From Ascidiella aspersa (lineage: Eukaryota): a stretch of DNA of 64,000 nt. Shown piece after piece: positions 62,081 to 64,000 of the stretch. A program made the position numbers and the translations under genes. Each line of letters starts with the position of its first letter. Within the stretch, counting starts at the first letter, position 1. Location of the stretch: contig OZ004607.1 in the NCBI GenBank assembly GCA_963924565.1, forward strand, positions 2,170,001-2,234,000, given 5' to 3'. The notes beneath the pieces were generated by a model that ran no database searches, had not been told where the DNA came from, and saw only the letters and a list, made by a program, of their open reading frames with translations.

Positions 62081-64000
62081 GCTATTTATGGAGCTGGCAT
62101 CGTTTTGTAAGAATGGCGAATTGTTTTGGATACGGTTCCCTTTGCATAAACTTTGCTAAGACAATGGCTTTATGCGTGCTCTTCCGCCAAAGCACATTCG
62201 CTAGGAAAATGTTGTCGTTGAAATATCATAAAGAATGCTGCAGTGAGTTGGCATCGTTTTTGTAGAAATGGTGATTTTTGGTTAAAGACATCGGATTCCT
62301 TTGTATAATGCGCTTGGAAATAAAGTAGCTTTCAGTTGCCTTTTTATATATCAAAGCTAGTAAGTAAGTATAAAGTTGCAAAAACTTTACAGACACATCA
62401 TGCTGTTTTACGCATTTGCCAGTAATTGTTTAAAAGTTGAAAATGACCCTTTTTTATTAAAAAACGTGAGTTCAATTTTAAATCGGCCTCGATCAATTTG
62501 ATTATTTTGTTAGTTTAGTTTGGGTGCCGGTTTGCAGTTGGCAGGACCTCGGTTGACAAACTATTGCTAGTGCCCATGCATTACCAACCATCTGTAGTCT
62601 TAACCATGTGTTTCCCGTAACACGCGTACATTGGCGTTCAGCATCGCACACGTGCCTAAATATTATGAAAGCCTCAATTCACACAATTCGTCGCCGAAAA
62701 ACAACTTTCAAGTTTGTAAGCTTTTTGCCTTTGTGACTGAACGAAAACTTTGGGTTCCACGAAAGCTTTCGGAGTGAACTTGGGGTTTGGCCGATTGAAA
62801 ACTTTTAAAGAAGCACACTGCGGCCTATACCGACGCCGCAACCTTGAAAATTAAGCGTAGGCGAAAAGTTGTAATTTTTTGGCGAATATTTAAAATCTTA
62901 TATTCTAATTTTATATATTAGCTTACTAAGCCCATAAACACATTTCCGTACCCCCTCAAAGGGGTACACATGTGGCCTTGATTAACAAACCCTGTTCCAG
63001 ACCTGGTTACCCATAGCTGTAGCCTTCGAAAAGCGACCAAAATATTCGCCATCTGTTTCCATAGCACGCGTACGCTGGCATCCATGATCGCACAATGCAC
63101 ATATGCCTTAAACTCGTTGCGCAAAACCAGCGTAAGGCAAGCTGCGGAAGCCTATGTGTGACTTAATCGACGTGACTTGGCAGCCCAAGTGAAAATAGCG
63201 CCAATAATCGCCAAATACTTCCTTGCAACAAGCAAAACCAGCGTGGGAACGCTTCGACGGGTCGGTCACGTGTTTCCCGGCCTACGTCAGAGCGCTATGA
63301 CGTCACGCGCGCTGGGAATTGCCAAATTTGACCTTTCGGGTTTGGAGAATGACTTGAGCGCGAAACGACAAGGATTCCATTTTTTTCCTTTTTTGCTAAA
63401 CTTTCGAATTTCCCCCAAAGTATTAATTTGGAAAAGAAACCAATTTTGCGCGACCAAATAATATTTTACGGTATGTGACGAATCTAAGGATCTATTATTA
63501 AATAGTAGTGACCTGCGAATTTAAGATTAAAATTTTCCGATTTTTAAACATTATATTTACAAGCGAAATTACCTATTTTTGTTTTACTTTTTAAATTTAA
63601 ACCGCAAAATGCTTTTTTATCTCAACAATTTACTAATTAGTCTAATTAATCTGATTTAATTGCGGTTTAGGGAATAGAATTACCTTTACTAAATAATTAA
63701 TCTTGACCGGATAACATGAGAATCTGAACATCTGCTTAGTAATTACACGCACACCATTAAATTGAGTGTTTCCCGTTTCCGTCAAATTTTCATGCATACT
63801 TACCTCAACTTATTCCAACAACACGTCTGCCAACTGCAAACCGGTATCCTAACTCAAAATTTAAACTGATCGAATTTACTGAATCGGATTCAAATGTGAA
63901 TTGATGTTAGTTTTGAGCAAAGACCGGCTGCTATCACACTACAATTGCTTTATCGCTGAACGAATTTGCTTAGGTCTTGGCAAGCTTATGATGCATTTGT

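Noticed and set aside
28281-63805. Isolated perfect AG|GTAAGT donors (~28283 +, ~32794 +, 63803 -) as exons of a hidden gene
   Set aside because: A few such 8-mers are expected by chance in 64 kb on two strands, and no consistent acceptor, frame or recognisable peptide could be attached.
62527-63844. 18-bp inverted match CCGGTTTGCAGTTGGCAG about 1.3 kb apart as TIRs of one element
   Set aside because: No TSD or transposase; more likely two opposite-orientation fragments of a dispersed repeat.

Overview
AT-rich eukaryotic genomic DNA with spliceosomal splice sites, most likely from an invertebrate animal. The style is tunicate-like, but the taxon cannot be proven from the sequence. The first ~18 kb holds three tandem, same-strand C2H2 zinc-finger genes: ZNF-A (3012-4613), ZNF-B (12924-14720) and ZNF-C (17449-18249). 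Each is a single coding exon behind a 5'-UTR splice acceptor. None has a KRAB, SCAN, BTB or ZAD domain, but all share an unrecognised ~50-aa N-terminal segment. ZNF-A and ZNF-B come from a ~8-10 kb tandem duplication. They differ mainly at DNA-contacting helix residues and by finger gain and loss (a triplicated finger, a frameshifted finger). The cluster lies among non-autonomous DNA transposons: Buster-type hAT MITEs with nnnTAnnn TSDs, a foldback element, a Tc1 remnant and a possible decayed KDZ-like transposase. The remaining ~45 kb has no credible protein-coding sequence. It contains MITE fragments, local 120-400 bp tandem duplications and GC/CpG-rich islands with motif clusters, consistent with a cis-regulatory region or very large intron. 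All alignments and counts were made by eye.
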